A stretch of 63,947 bases of DNA, the filler included, from Welwitschia mirabilis (taxonomy: Eukaryota), in NCBI GenBank assembly GCA_051453625.1. It is 4 parts of one record of this genome, joined end to end, with 100 filler letters (N's around TTAATTAATTAA, not from the genome) between each part and the next. Parts side by side here need not be neighbours in the genome. Positions count along the whole stretch, not along the records: positions 1 to 27,679 come from JBOZIK010000001.1; 3 more parts are not named here. One strand, written 5' to 3'. Below, piece by piece: positions 1 through 11,417 of the stretch. The notes below the pieces were generated by a model. It saw only the letters and a program-made list of their open reading frames with translations. It was not told where the DNA came from and searched no databases. Within the stretch, counting starts at the first letter, position 1; each line of letters begins with the position of its first letter. Position numbers and translations under genes: made by a program.

Positions 1-1269
1 CAGCACTCATTTTTAGATGCAGACAGTTAAATCGGTATGTTATTTCTGAGTTCAGATAGGATAATATGTCACCAATTTGGCTATTATATGCATTGCAAAG
101 AAGTGATGAATTCAGTCTAGGTAATCTGGGAGAATCTTCCAAGCCTAGGACTTAGAGCCCCTATAAGGTTAGTATCCCTCAATGAAGATATGAAAATCAA
201 AAAATTTTCTCTCCTGAGGATCCCCTTCTCTACTTTAGATACTATAGTTGAAGGTGCAAGATTATAGAACCCACAAAAGAGCTAAAAGCTTACAAGCCTG
301 GTCTNNNNNNNNNNNNNNNNNNNNNNNNNNNNNNNNNNNNNNNNNNNNNNNNNNNNNNNNNNNNNNNNNNNNNNNNNNNNNNNNNNNNNNNNNNNNNNNN
401 NNNNTGCAAAGAAGCGATGAATTTAGTCTAGGTAATCTGGGAGAATCTTCCCAGCCTAGGACTTAGAGACCCTATAAGGTTAATATTCCTCAATGAAGAT
501 ATGAAAATCAGAAAATTTTCTCTCCTGAGGATCTCCTTCTCCACTTTAGATACTATAATTGAAGGTGCAAGATTACAGAACCCACAAAAGAGCTGAAAGC
601 TTATAAGCCTGGTCTAACCAATTGTGATTGTTCCTAAATGATTCCNNNNNNNNNNNNNNNNNNNNNNNNNNNNNNNNNNNNNNNNNNNNNNNNNNNNNNN
701 NNNNNNNNNNNNNNNNNNNNNNNNNNNNNNNNNNNNNNNNNNNNNCTGGTCTAACAAATTTTGATTGTTCCTGAATGATTCCCTATTTTAGTTCTGATTA
801 CATGATCACTTTTTATTCCTTGTTTTTACAGTGTTTATTCAGGTTTTCAAAAGAGATTCTTAAGACTTTGATCGCTCAAAAAATCAATAGTTAGACCTAT
901 AAATCTAACAGTTCAAGGTCTGTTTTTAATGTTTTATGTAGAAGTTTGACCTATAATTTTTCTATAGCAATGAAAATTTTCAATTTCATTTAATAAAAAA
1001 GTGGCCTAAATCTTTAAGTTAGGTGAATAGGAAAAGGTAATTANNNNNNNNNNNNNAGCTTTGAGAATTCGGCCTAATTATATAAAATCCCTTTGAAGAA
1101 GGACTAATTTAAATGCCAAGGTATAATTCAATTTTTTTTATGTTTGTAAATGTGTTTTGTTCCTAAGTAGTTGTTGTCTTAGTTATACTAATTCTTTGGA
1201 ATTAACAATATTTTAAATGTACTTCCCTAAGCTTCAAAGACATAAGGCATCCCTCATGGATTTGGCAGG

Positions 1270-2756
1270 CTCACTCAAGGATTTAGAAGGCATCACTCAA
1301 GGATTATGAGGCTTTATAAAGGGAAATATCACATGATTTTAATGTAGCTAAAGCTTTTAATGATGCACAAATTACAATGAAAGGACTTTGTGAAGAAGAG
1401 ATTAAGGGATTGAGTGTTGATGAAGTGTAAATTATTTTCAACAATGATCAGTTTTAAAATCTATGACATCCTCTTGTAAATCTTATTTAATAATGTTAAT
1501 TCTCAATTACATGATCCTTTACAGATAAATTGCTAGATATTTAATATCTAGATGCTTCTTATAAGATTTAAACTTTATATAATAAGCATATCGTAAGTAA
1601 ATCTTATAGCATTTTACTTTTGCAAAGAACTAGTGAAAAATGTAGATCAGTTTCTTTTTTCATGACCTAGCTTCGTAAAACATATGAATTTTCTTAAGGT
1701 GTGATAAGCTAACATATAATCTTCTAAATATTTTATATTATTCAAACATCAACAACGCCAGTTNNNNNNNNNNNNNNNNNNNNNNNNNNNNNNNNNNNNN
1801 NNNNNNNNNNNNNNNNNNNNNNNNNNNNNNNNNNNNNNNNNNNNNNNNNNNNNNNNNNNNNNNNNNNNNNNNNNNNNNNNNNNNNNNNNNNNNNNNNNNN
1901 NNNNNNNNNNNNNNNNNNNNNNNNNNNNNNNNNNNNNNNNNNNNNNNACTTCTTTCACAGTTTTTTTCCCACATTTTTTGTGACCTAAACTTTGTTGAAA
2001 TGGTGCTTGTACATAATCATTTCTTTTGGCAGGCCTTTATCATAGGCCTTTTTCTTCGCTTTGGTATTATTTTTTATGTCTTTCTTTTAGATAACTAGCA
2101 ATCCTACATCATTAGATTGTATCAAACAAGCATTATTTTTACTTAGTAATCATGATGCTTGAAAACATGAACCATTTGATACAANNNNNNNNNNNNNNNN
2201 NNNNNNNNNNNNNNNNNNNNNNNNNNNNNNNNNNNNNNNNNNNNNNNNNNNNNNNNNNNNNNNNNNNNNNNNNNNNNNNNNNNNNNNNNNNNNNNNNNNN
2301 NNNNNNNNNNNNNNNNNNNNNNNNNNNNNNNNNNNNNNNNNNNNNNNNNNNNNNNNNNNNNNNNNNNNNNNNNNNNNNNNNNNNNNNNNNNNNNNNNNNN
2401 NNNNNNNNNNNNNNNNNNNNNNNNNNNNNNNNNNNNNNNNNNNNNNNNNNNNNNNNNNNNNNNNNNNNNNNNNNNNNNNNNNNNNNNNNNNNNNNNNNNN
2501 NNNNNNNNNNNNNNNNNNNNNNNNNNNNNNNNNNNNNNNNNNNNNNNNNNNNNNNNNNNNNNNNNNNNNNNNNNNNNNNNNNNNNNNNNNNNNNNNNNNN
2601 NNNNNNNNNNNNNNNNNNNNNNNNNNNNNNNNNNNNNNNNNNNNNNNNTAAATAGATGCAATAAATGCTGATACTCTATAGATTTTGACCTACTTAAAAA
2701 TGCTAAATACTTAAAGGAAATAATAGTTAGCTTCTCTTAAAATTCAAGTAACTGAT
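1270..2756 (+). pseudogene. TTL (tetratricopeptide-repeat thioredoxin-like) pseudogene, last three exons
   Basis: Manual translation. ~1270-1475 gives RI*KASLKDYEAL*REISHDFNVAKAFNDAQITMKGLCEEEIKGLSVDEV*IIFNNDQF (cf. TTL [40 protein letters not shown]...GEVEEI). ~1600-1698 gives RTSEKCRSVSFFMT*LRKTY..NFLK followed by a GT donor (cf. [22 protein letters not shown]). ~2650-2756 gives FDLLKNAKYLKEIIVS (cf. FKIYKNGSRVKEIVCPS). Contains stops and frameshifts. Confidence 0.7.
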
Positions 2757-3600
2757 ATAGGCTATATTTTAAGTATATTAGATGTGGACCTACTTGAGAA
2801 GCTTATATAAGTATAACTTATTTCATGTTTTATTTATCTTTCTTAGTGTATCCATAATGGCTAAGATCCACATAAGTTTACTAGAAGTTCTTGATCACTT
2901 TGTACATGATACAATTTCATGGATTACTTAGCACAAATATGGTATGAGTTTCTAGATTCACATCATAATAGATGAGAAGTGATTCTCTTTCCAGAAAAAT
3001 CTATCAAAAAAAACTTAATCTAGCTATTTATAAATGTTTTATGATGCATGTTGAGGCTATGGAAGTTGTAGTAACTTAACTTAAAACTTCTTATGTATTG
3101 GATAAAGACCAATGACAAACACGTAAAACCCTTAACAGTTGCAAGGATACTTACTCATTTTCTTATCATAGATACTCAGACACATGAAATAAAAGAGAAA
3201 ACTAAGAAGATAAAAATCATTCATGCATAAATTATTAATGTTATTTATAATACTACTTTGTAGCTTTAGTTTTAAATGTGTTTAAATTATTTCAACAATT
3301 TATAAAAAATCAATTATCATAAGGATCAAATAGTCTAGACAAAATTAAACATCTAAATTAAGTTATAAAATTTAATTAAATTTTATTTCACACAAGAAAC
3401 ATGTATATGTTTTTTTCTATCTCCCAATGATTTTTTTATTTAATTTGATCTCCTAGTGTTATTTGAAACAAACTTAAATATAGATTAATTTTTTAACACC
3501 TTGATTCTAGTATATCATGGGCATGCAATCCTTTTGCATTTCATGCTTAAATAATTAGATTAAAATTAGTGACAATGTGCAGAGTATGTCTATCTTTAGT

Positions 3601-3684
3601 TGTTTCTAATTAGGCTAACAGCCATTAAGAATATATTTTTATGTTTCTAATTAGGCTAACAGCCATTAAGAATATATTTTTATG
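3601..3684. repeat. Perfect 41-bp tandem duplication
   Basis: tgtttctaattaggctaacagccattaagaatatattttta occurs twice in tandem. Confidence 0.9.
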
Positions 3685-4139
3685 TATATTAAAAATAATT
3701 TCACATAGATAAGCTTTTCAAAACCATATATTTAGATCTAAAAATTTGATTCTTTTATTTATATGCATTTTTGTTAAATTTGTTTCATGATTTAATTTTT
3801 TGAAGTTTCTTTTCATCCTTGATCCTGATACTAATTCAAGTGTCTTATATCTAGAGTTGAAGTGATGACATTTGTTTCTTGATTGGTACTAATTCTTGAG
3901 AGTAACTCAATTATAACTTTTAAGTTTATTCTTTTTATGTAAAATCTAATTTAAAAGGGGATATTAGAAATTCTAGTTGTTAAAATAGAAAGACTTCTAT
4001 CAAATCATTCAACTTGTAATAAACTGATCTAGGATGACTAGATGCCAATAAGATTCTTATATAGTTTTTTGTTTATTCTAGTAATATTTATGCATTATCA
4101 TTTACAAGTTAAACAATTATTAGTATGTCAGATGATGCA

Positions 4140-4370
4140 AAAATTTTATTTGGCTGAGCTAGAAAATGATTCAATTAAAACATGTAAAGAAGTCATGATT
4201 TTCATTTGCAAGTTGTCTTTCTGCTCATCTAATATGAGATACATGTAGAAGCTGCAAAATTTCTATTTGAGTAAACTAGAAAATGATTTTATTAAAACAT
4301 GTAAAGAAGTCATGATTTTTATTTGTTAGTTGGCTTTCTGCTCATCTAATATGAGATACACGTAGAAGCT
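4140..4370. repeat. Diverged ~117-bp tandem duplication
   Basis: aaaattt...ctagaaaatgatt..attaaaacatgtaaagaagtcatgattt...ctgctcatctaatatgagataca(t/c)gtagaagct at ~4140-4253 and ~4257-4370. Confidence 0.85.
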
Positions 4371-7300
4371 CCTTTTACATTTGCTATTGAAATACTCAAG
4401 TTTGCATCACTTGGAAGTGTGTTACTGTGAATAACCCTTTCCTTCAATGTATGTTAGAATATCATATGTTACTACTATTGGTAGAATAATCCAAGTAGTA
4501 AAATGACTAGAAAACTCTAGAAAACTAATAATAGTGAGTGATTTTTTTCTAACTCATTCTTTACCTTCTTAAACTATTAGATGGTATTCTTATGATAGTA
4601 CAAATTTTTGTACAATAGAGCTATTATAGCATACAAGAGATTAGATATTCACAAAGTGAATAAATAACATTAAAAGATTAGATGTATCTTTTTTCTTCTA
4701 AGGTATTATATTTAAATATTGCAATACAATGATATATTTAATTTTTCATCTATTGGTGGATTTAATGTTTTAGTTTCTATTACTAAGTTTTGGTAAAAGA
4801 TATTTATTAACCCATTTCTTTGAATCCATGAGGAATAATTATGAATTAGCTTGGATATATGAAGGAACTATCTCCCATGAAGGATGTATGTATAAGGGAT
4901 AGTAAGTACAAAGAGGAAGAATAAGATGATCTAATCACTTGAGTAGTTAGGTATGAATAAGCTAGATTTTCTTATTTGTCCTTTTAATGTATGTATTATT
5001 TAAAACCATTACTACAAAAAAACATTTTAGGTTTTTGTGTGCTCTAAGAATTTCATTCTCTTCAAGTTTTCACATACTTAAGATTTGGAATCTACTTTTA
5101 CATTTTGTTACCTTGGAAGCAAAATTTAAACCTTGATTATTATTATTTGCTTTGATATTTCTAAGGTAAAACATGTATAAGATCTTCATGTTTTATTAAT
5201 TGATTAGTGTTTACTACCATGCATTTGTAAATATATTTAATTGCTTTATCTAATTACATTTAATTCTTTATTTTAATAATTGAGTAGCTTACAAATTTAT
5301 ATTTCAAAAGTCTAGATTTTAGATAGTACGTCCTACAGCATGGGCCAAAATATTCATGATGATGTAGTTCAACTAAAGTTAAAAATAAACTATAATAAAT
5401 ATCAAATGAATTAAGAATGCTAGATGGTTATAGGTTTAATTAATGTTCTCAAAATGTTACTAAAGGTAAATATCAATAAATAGACTACAAACAAATTCAT
5501 GAAGTGACATGTTAGTTAGATAGAAACTTTGATTTAAAAATTTTGAAGATAGCCTTCTTTTAATGATATGATTATTTTAGATCTATATAAAAGAGTCATA
5601 AATACAATACTACATATCATAAAGTATCATTAATGTAAAAATAAAAGTTAAACTCTTAATCTTTCATCTACCATAAGGTTTTTTAAGATTTTAGAATTGA
5701 GGTTGGTTTCTAGTCATAAAAGAAACCAAAGATGTTTTAACTTCTATTTTGACATTAATCGAGGATCTATAAGATAAGGATCTATAGGATGAGGAAATAA
5801 TCATTTTCTTGAAATCTTACTTTAGAGGAACAAAGATGTTTTCAACATCCATTGCAAGCTTAATGCTATAGATGAATTTACTATAGAAGACCTTTATTTC
5901 ACTTTTATTTGCCTTTTGTCATCACTATCATTTATTCATATATCATGATGAATTTTAGTTTGTATTATATTCATGTTCATTCACTTATATTTCATCTTCT
6001 CATATTTATTTCATGTAGATCTAATTTACTTTATATATTCATTTGAATTTTATGTTAATTAGCTTTTGCATCTTATTCTTGTATGTTGTTTTGGAATCCT
6101 AACAAATTCATTAGGTTTTTTATTAACCTATCTAAAAACCTTCTTGTCTCTACTTATAGATTTCTATTCCTTGCTTATACCTCAGTGAATACAAAGAATT
6201 CTTATTTCCCAGTTATCCTTTTATTGCCTCTTTATGGATTCCTATTAGTAGCCCTATTATTAATAATGAAAGAAAACATCTCAAATTCAAAAGAATCTAA
6301 GATCATGATGTACAAGTACAAAGTACAAGGTTGAATTAATGTTTGAAATTACTTAGTAGAGACAAAAATGCATGCCTATTTTTCTAGAACCTAGTCATAT
6401 AAATAAATTCCACTATTATAAAGGACACTTATACTTAACATGTGGGAGAATAAATTTATTCATGGATTCATATTATCTTCTAGTTTGATGTTCTATTTGT
6501 TTTTCCATGATTCCCTAATATAATAATATAGGTTCATACATACTTTCTCTTTTTCCCTTAATTGTATTATTTTGTCTATCAAGACCGTGCTTGTTATATG
6601 GATTTTCATTTTTTAAGTGATGTTAATTCATTTTAATTTGTGTGTATGTGTTATTTAACATGATTAAATTATACTTCTATTCTTTTCTAAAATAAAGAAT
6701 AGAAAATACTTTGTAACTATTATGAAACCTTTTTTTTAATGCATTACTATTTAGGCTTTATCACATTTGAATCTTTCTTAGAGAGCTATTTCATTATTGC
6801 TTCTACACCAAAAAGTAGGGATACAACATTAATAACTGATGATACAACTGCTATAACATTAATTAAAGGGAAGAATATCTTTCATTCAACTTCTTTGAAG
6901 GCTTTATCAAATTTGAAGTTTCATGAATTTAGGTGATATTGTTTTTCAATCTATTTAGATACTTTTCTTGCATCATAAGTTTTATTTTTCTTTAAGCATT
7001 TCCCTATTGAATTTCATTCTTAACTAAGTTATAAGGATGAAGGATAAGTGATTCTTACTAGACCTATGAATATTTGATTAAAAAAAATCATAAATAGATA
7101 TAATATTATCTTATTTAAAAATATTTATTTATTTTAAGCTTTCAATTTTTTTGATGAATCTACTTATAGGTTTATAGTTTAGTAATATATATGATTAATT
7201 TTGAGGAATGCATTTAGAGAGAAACACATAGGTATTCTTATGAGAAATGCAATGAATGAATAGTGAAGTTAATATTATAATTTCAATGGTAGAGATTTTT

Positions 7301-8964
7301 TATAATATTTTATACTAGAGCTAGATTATGAAATCTTATTATGAACATTATTTCATATGGTAGAGTACCAGTCTTCCTCTTAAACTAATGAGAAACTTCT
7401 AAAGGTTTATGTGGTAAATCTTGTACATTGTGAAAGAACCAAAAAGGTCTAAATAAATAAGACATATGAAATAGAGAATAAATAGTTATTTATGAAATAC
7501 TTTAAAGCATTTTAGAGTTGTTATGTTCAGGGAAAAGTTTTGTAACATTCACTATCAGTAAACAGGTGGCTTCTTACATTTGCTTGAGTTTGTAGTATGT
7601 CTTCTTTCAAGTAATAATATAGGCTACTTTTTTATGACTTTAAATGGACTTCTGAAAAGCTTGTAAAGAAAACTTTGACTATGTTTAAAGAAGAAACTTC
7701 AGTTCATGCTCTTTTAGTACTCCTAGACTCCATTGACTACAACCCTCATGAATCATATCACATTTATTAGTCTAAACCTTTTATAACTTGCTTTCTAAAA
7801 GACCTTCCATTTAATTGAATCATTAACTAACATTTCCTATTTGTGCTCTTCTTAAGAAACATCTATATCTCACTAATAACCCATGACATGCTTTCACTTC
7901 TAAAGTATTTCCTTTATTGTATTTGTACTTAGTTTAATTAAATTTTTTTATAATATTAATTATGTTAACTGTGCATGCCTTTAACAATAATATAAACCAT
8001 TTTTTTAGAAGAAATAGCAACATCTTCTATGAAAATTTGAAGTTAACTAAAACTAGGCTTACATATATATATGCTATTGTATGTTTCTCAAAAAATTATA
8101 CACTATAACCCCTCTCCTAAATAATTTTTCACCCATGAATCAAATGGTTTATAATGTTTTTTGATGTATCTCTTTTAATCAGTTTTCATCCATTAAGCAT
8201 ATGGCTTTTTAAGTTTACACATATATCTCTTGCATATGGTCATGGTCTATATGTTCCTTTTATTTCATCCTTGTTCTCTACATAAGCAAGCATTCATTAA
8301 TTATTATGAACATAGATATTATAACTTATTTATTTCATTCACTGTACCTCATCTAAACTTGAAACATAGTGATGTATAACACAAGACAGCTAGTACTAAA
8401 GGTGTATTATTGGCTTTTCTCCATTATATTTGTTAAATATAATTTTTTTAGTAGTTAAAGAAACCCACTTTATTTAATTATTTATGCTAAAACTTACCGC
8501 CATACATGCTTACATACATAAAACAACATCATTAGATCTAATTTATCCACACAAACTACAATTTCTCTTCTAATCTAAAAGCACCATGATAAAAAATGAT
8601 CATCTTTCTTTTATTTGACTCATTATATATATGAATTTAACTTCATAATTTTAATAATATCTACGTATCCTTACTTATAATTCACTTTTGTTACTCAGTC
8701 CATCCATGCTTCTTGCATTTTGTTATAAAGATTTTAGGTACAATTTGTCCACACTAGTTTTGTACTTGTAATTTCATTTTAAAACTCTTCTCTCATCTCC
8801 ATGAGTAGCTTTATTTTTTTTTTATGAGATTGAATTGATTCTTTTCTTCGAATTTTTATTTAGATTCTTCCTTCATCTTTAATGCATTAACAAACTAATT
8901 AAAATTTTCTTTTCCAAATGATTTTGTAAATTCATTTGCTTCTTACTTATGTTGTAGTGCATAG

Positions 8965-9838
8965 CAATACTTACATGCGAAAGTTGCTTGTTTAAGGTTA
9001 TTACTTATGGTTCTTATTTGAGAAGTGAAAAGTATGCTCCCTTTAAGAAAGAGGAGAGGGAGTTAGCAAATGAATTGAGAGACAAGGTAATAATAAACTG
9101 TATAATCTTGTTGGGAATTGATTAAAATTTAATATCTACTATACTCACCTATTTCATAGGTCTTTTTTACATTTTTTAAATTTTCAAACAACTTTTCTTA
9201 ACAAATAGTCTATTTAAAACTCTTATGTATTGTAATGTTTTTGGAAGGATTTCCTTCACTAGTAGGGCATATTTACATGTCTACTTTATTTACCTTCCTC
9301 CACTTTTAGTAATTAAATATGAATTATTTTTACATTTCCTTAAATTTTTTGTTAACAAGTTGTTGAGGAGTTTATGAACCAACATTAAGAAATAGAGGGT
9401 ATATGTTGATGGTGCTTTTAGTTACTTTTTGTTGGTTTCTATAATAGATCACTATGTATTATTTTATCTCATTCCTAATGAGTGTTACAAAAGGTAACAT
9501 ATTTTTTAGTAGGTTTTTTAAACATAGATTTAATAGCTACATTTAATAAATTAACAAACCATGTGTTTGGGGAGGCAATCTTGAATGGTCGATGTCATAT
9601 CGTGTTCTAAAGTAAGGTAGTTGTCAACATATATTTTCTAAAGGAAATATATATAGATGAGGATTTTTGATGAATAACTATTCCATCTTCTTATGGTAAT
9701 AGAAATTCAATTATAGTATACATGTAGGAAAGAAGTGTTGATGGTTTGGTAAACATTACAGAATATGGATCAAAATAAGAAAAGAAAAAATCAATCTATC
9801 TAGTGTATGACTAGCATGGATACTATAAGGTCCTATAA
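8965..9838 (+). pseudogene. OTU-domain deubiquitinase (plant OTU3/OTU4-type) pseudogene, 4 exons
   Basis: Exon 8965-9086: ILTCESCLFKVITYGSYLRSEKYAPFKKEERELANELRDK. Exon 9359-~9398: VVEEFMNQH*EIE. Exon 9513-9611: FFKHRFNSYI**INKPCVWGGNLEWSMSYRVL. Exon 9703-9838: NSIIVYM*ERSVDGLVNITEYGSK*EKKKSIYLVYD*HGYYKVL*. These align colinearly with the recalled consensus IPGDGRCLFRSVAHGACLRSGK.AP...QRELADELR / VADEFIKRREETEW / FVEGDFDTYV..IRKPHVWGGEPELLMASHVL / MPITVYM....GGLISIAEYGQEY...PIRVLYHG.GHYDAL. Introns are mostly GT-AG; one acceptor has decayed to CAA. Confidence 0.85.
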
Positions 9839-11037
9839 ATTTATGACATTTAATCCCACTAGTCATTTAAAGGATTTTTATTATTTTTAAAATTTATTAA
9901 GAATTAATAAATACATGAATTTTAAGTGCTCTTGATAAACCTTACTTTTAATCACTACCATGAAAAGGAAATACCAAAAATATTACCCACTTACCTACTT
10001 TGGAGATTCAATTTTGTTGTGTCTAGCTAAGAGAGAATTTTTGACAATTCCAAGGCTTATATGAATAAAAAAAATTTACTTATTTTCTTACATTATAAAA
10101 TGATACTATTAGAAAATATTTATCATCAAACATTAACTTATTGTAGCATGTCAAAGATAATTGTAATTATGATTGTTAGTTCTTTGTTTAAGGTTTGTGT
10201 TAAGAAATTATGTTTCACAAGTTTATGATTATCTTAAAGGTTCTCTTTTGTGTTTGAGCAATATTATGGATTTACTTTTGTCTCTTGTGTAAATTTTCCT
10301 ATGAGGAGATCTTTAGATGAAATATTTAGGCTTTCATATGAAGCTAATCAAGCATGTAAATTTAAAATTTAGAAGTATGTAAAGGAATTCCAACATGCTT
10401 TCAAACATGACCTAGCCTTAGTTACCTAGTTATTATTGTTAAATATTAAAGTGTATCTCACCATGATGTTCTAAATCTATGTATTTTATTTTTAATTTGA
10501 AATTACAATGAGGTATAATGCTTATCTTCTCAAGATCAAATTAAATATTCCATTAAAAAACCATGAGGTTTCATTTCTACTTTGTCCATGTTTTTATACA
10601 TGCCTTGCCTAGAATTTTTACATTATTCATTTTATACTTTACTTTTTAACAATCCACTTTGACTATTAGGTTCTTTTTCCATGACTAAATATATTTATAT
10701 ATGTATTTTTATATATATCTATATATATGATGCTTTCTTACTTATTTATAAATACATTTTTTCCCTTATGTATGATTTTTCCTACTTTGCTTTCATTCAA
10801 TTATACAAATAAATTATTATTATTTCATAGCTTTTTGTTAGTTCTTACACAAAGTTGTGTATTATTAGAATGCTAAGGCCTATGTTATCTCTTATATAAT
10901 AAATAATTTAGCATATCTAGAAGAGAAAGTAAGGCATCTTCACTCCTTCTGCAACAACAAGATACAAAACATAACTAAATTTATTTCCTTCAAGCAATTC
11001 TATCCTAATGCCCATTCCATAATGATAGGCCCATAGC

Positions 11038-11132
11038 TACTCTAGATCCATTACTTCAATTCAAAGTAGAAGATAAAAATAAATTATACTCTAGATCCAT
11101 TACTTCAATTCAAAGTAGAAGATAAAAATAAA
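11038..11132. repeat. Tandem duplication, 49-bp period
   Basis: tactctagatccattacttcaattcaaagtagaagataaaaataaa at 11038 and 11087. Confidence 0.9.
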
Positions 11133-11200
11133 CTATGTAAATACATTTCTAATTGAATTCATGTTAAATAGTCAAATCCTTTGACAATTTATATTTCAAG

Positions 11201-11417
11201 ACTTGTAAGTGGACTTATGAAATTGAAAGAGTTATTGATTGAGACATCAAAGCACATAGTTGAATGGGTAAAATAGTCAAGTGAAGGAAGTACTTTTTTG
11301 AAATACTAGTTTTGTAAGTCCTTTGAATCATTTGTTAAGGTTATTGGAACGGAGAGGAAAGAGTGATCTCTACTTTGAAGATAATCATAACGTACTATTG
11401 TTAAGAGTAAACTAGAG
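11201..11417 (+). pseudogene. Two in-phase exon remnants of unidentified origin inside the CACTA element
   Basis: AG|11201-11267 LVSGLMKLKELLIETSKHIVEW, then a 72-bp GT..AG intron, then 11340-11417 VIGTERKE*SLL*R*S*RTIVKSKLE|GTAAGT. The stops are TGA/TAA, revertible to CGA/CAA. Confidence 0.4.

Noticed and set aside
4042-4460. Possible F-box/LRR-like exon (KLLLHLLLKYSSLHHLEVCYC)
   Set aside because: Short Leu-rich match with no supporting exons or reliable homology.
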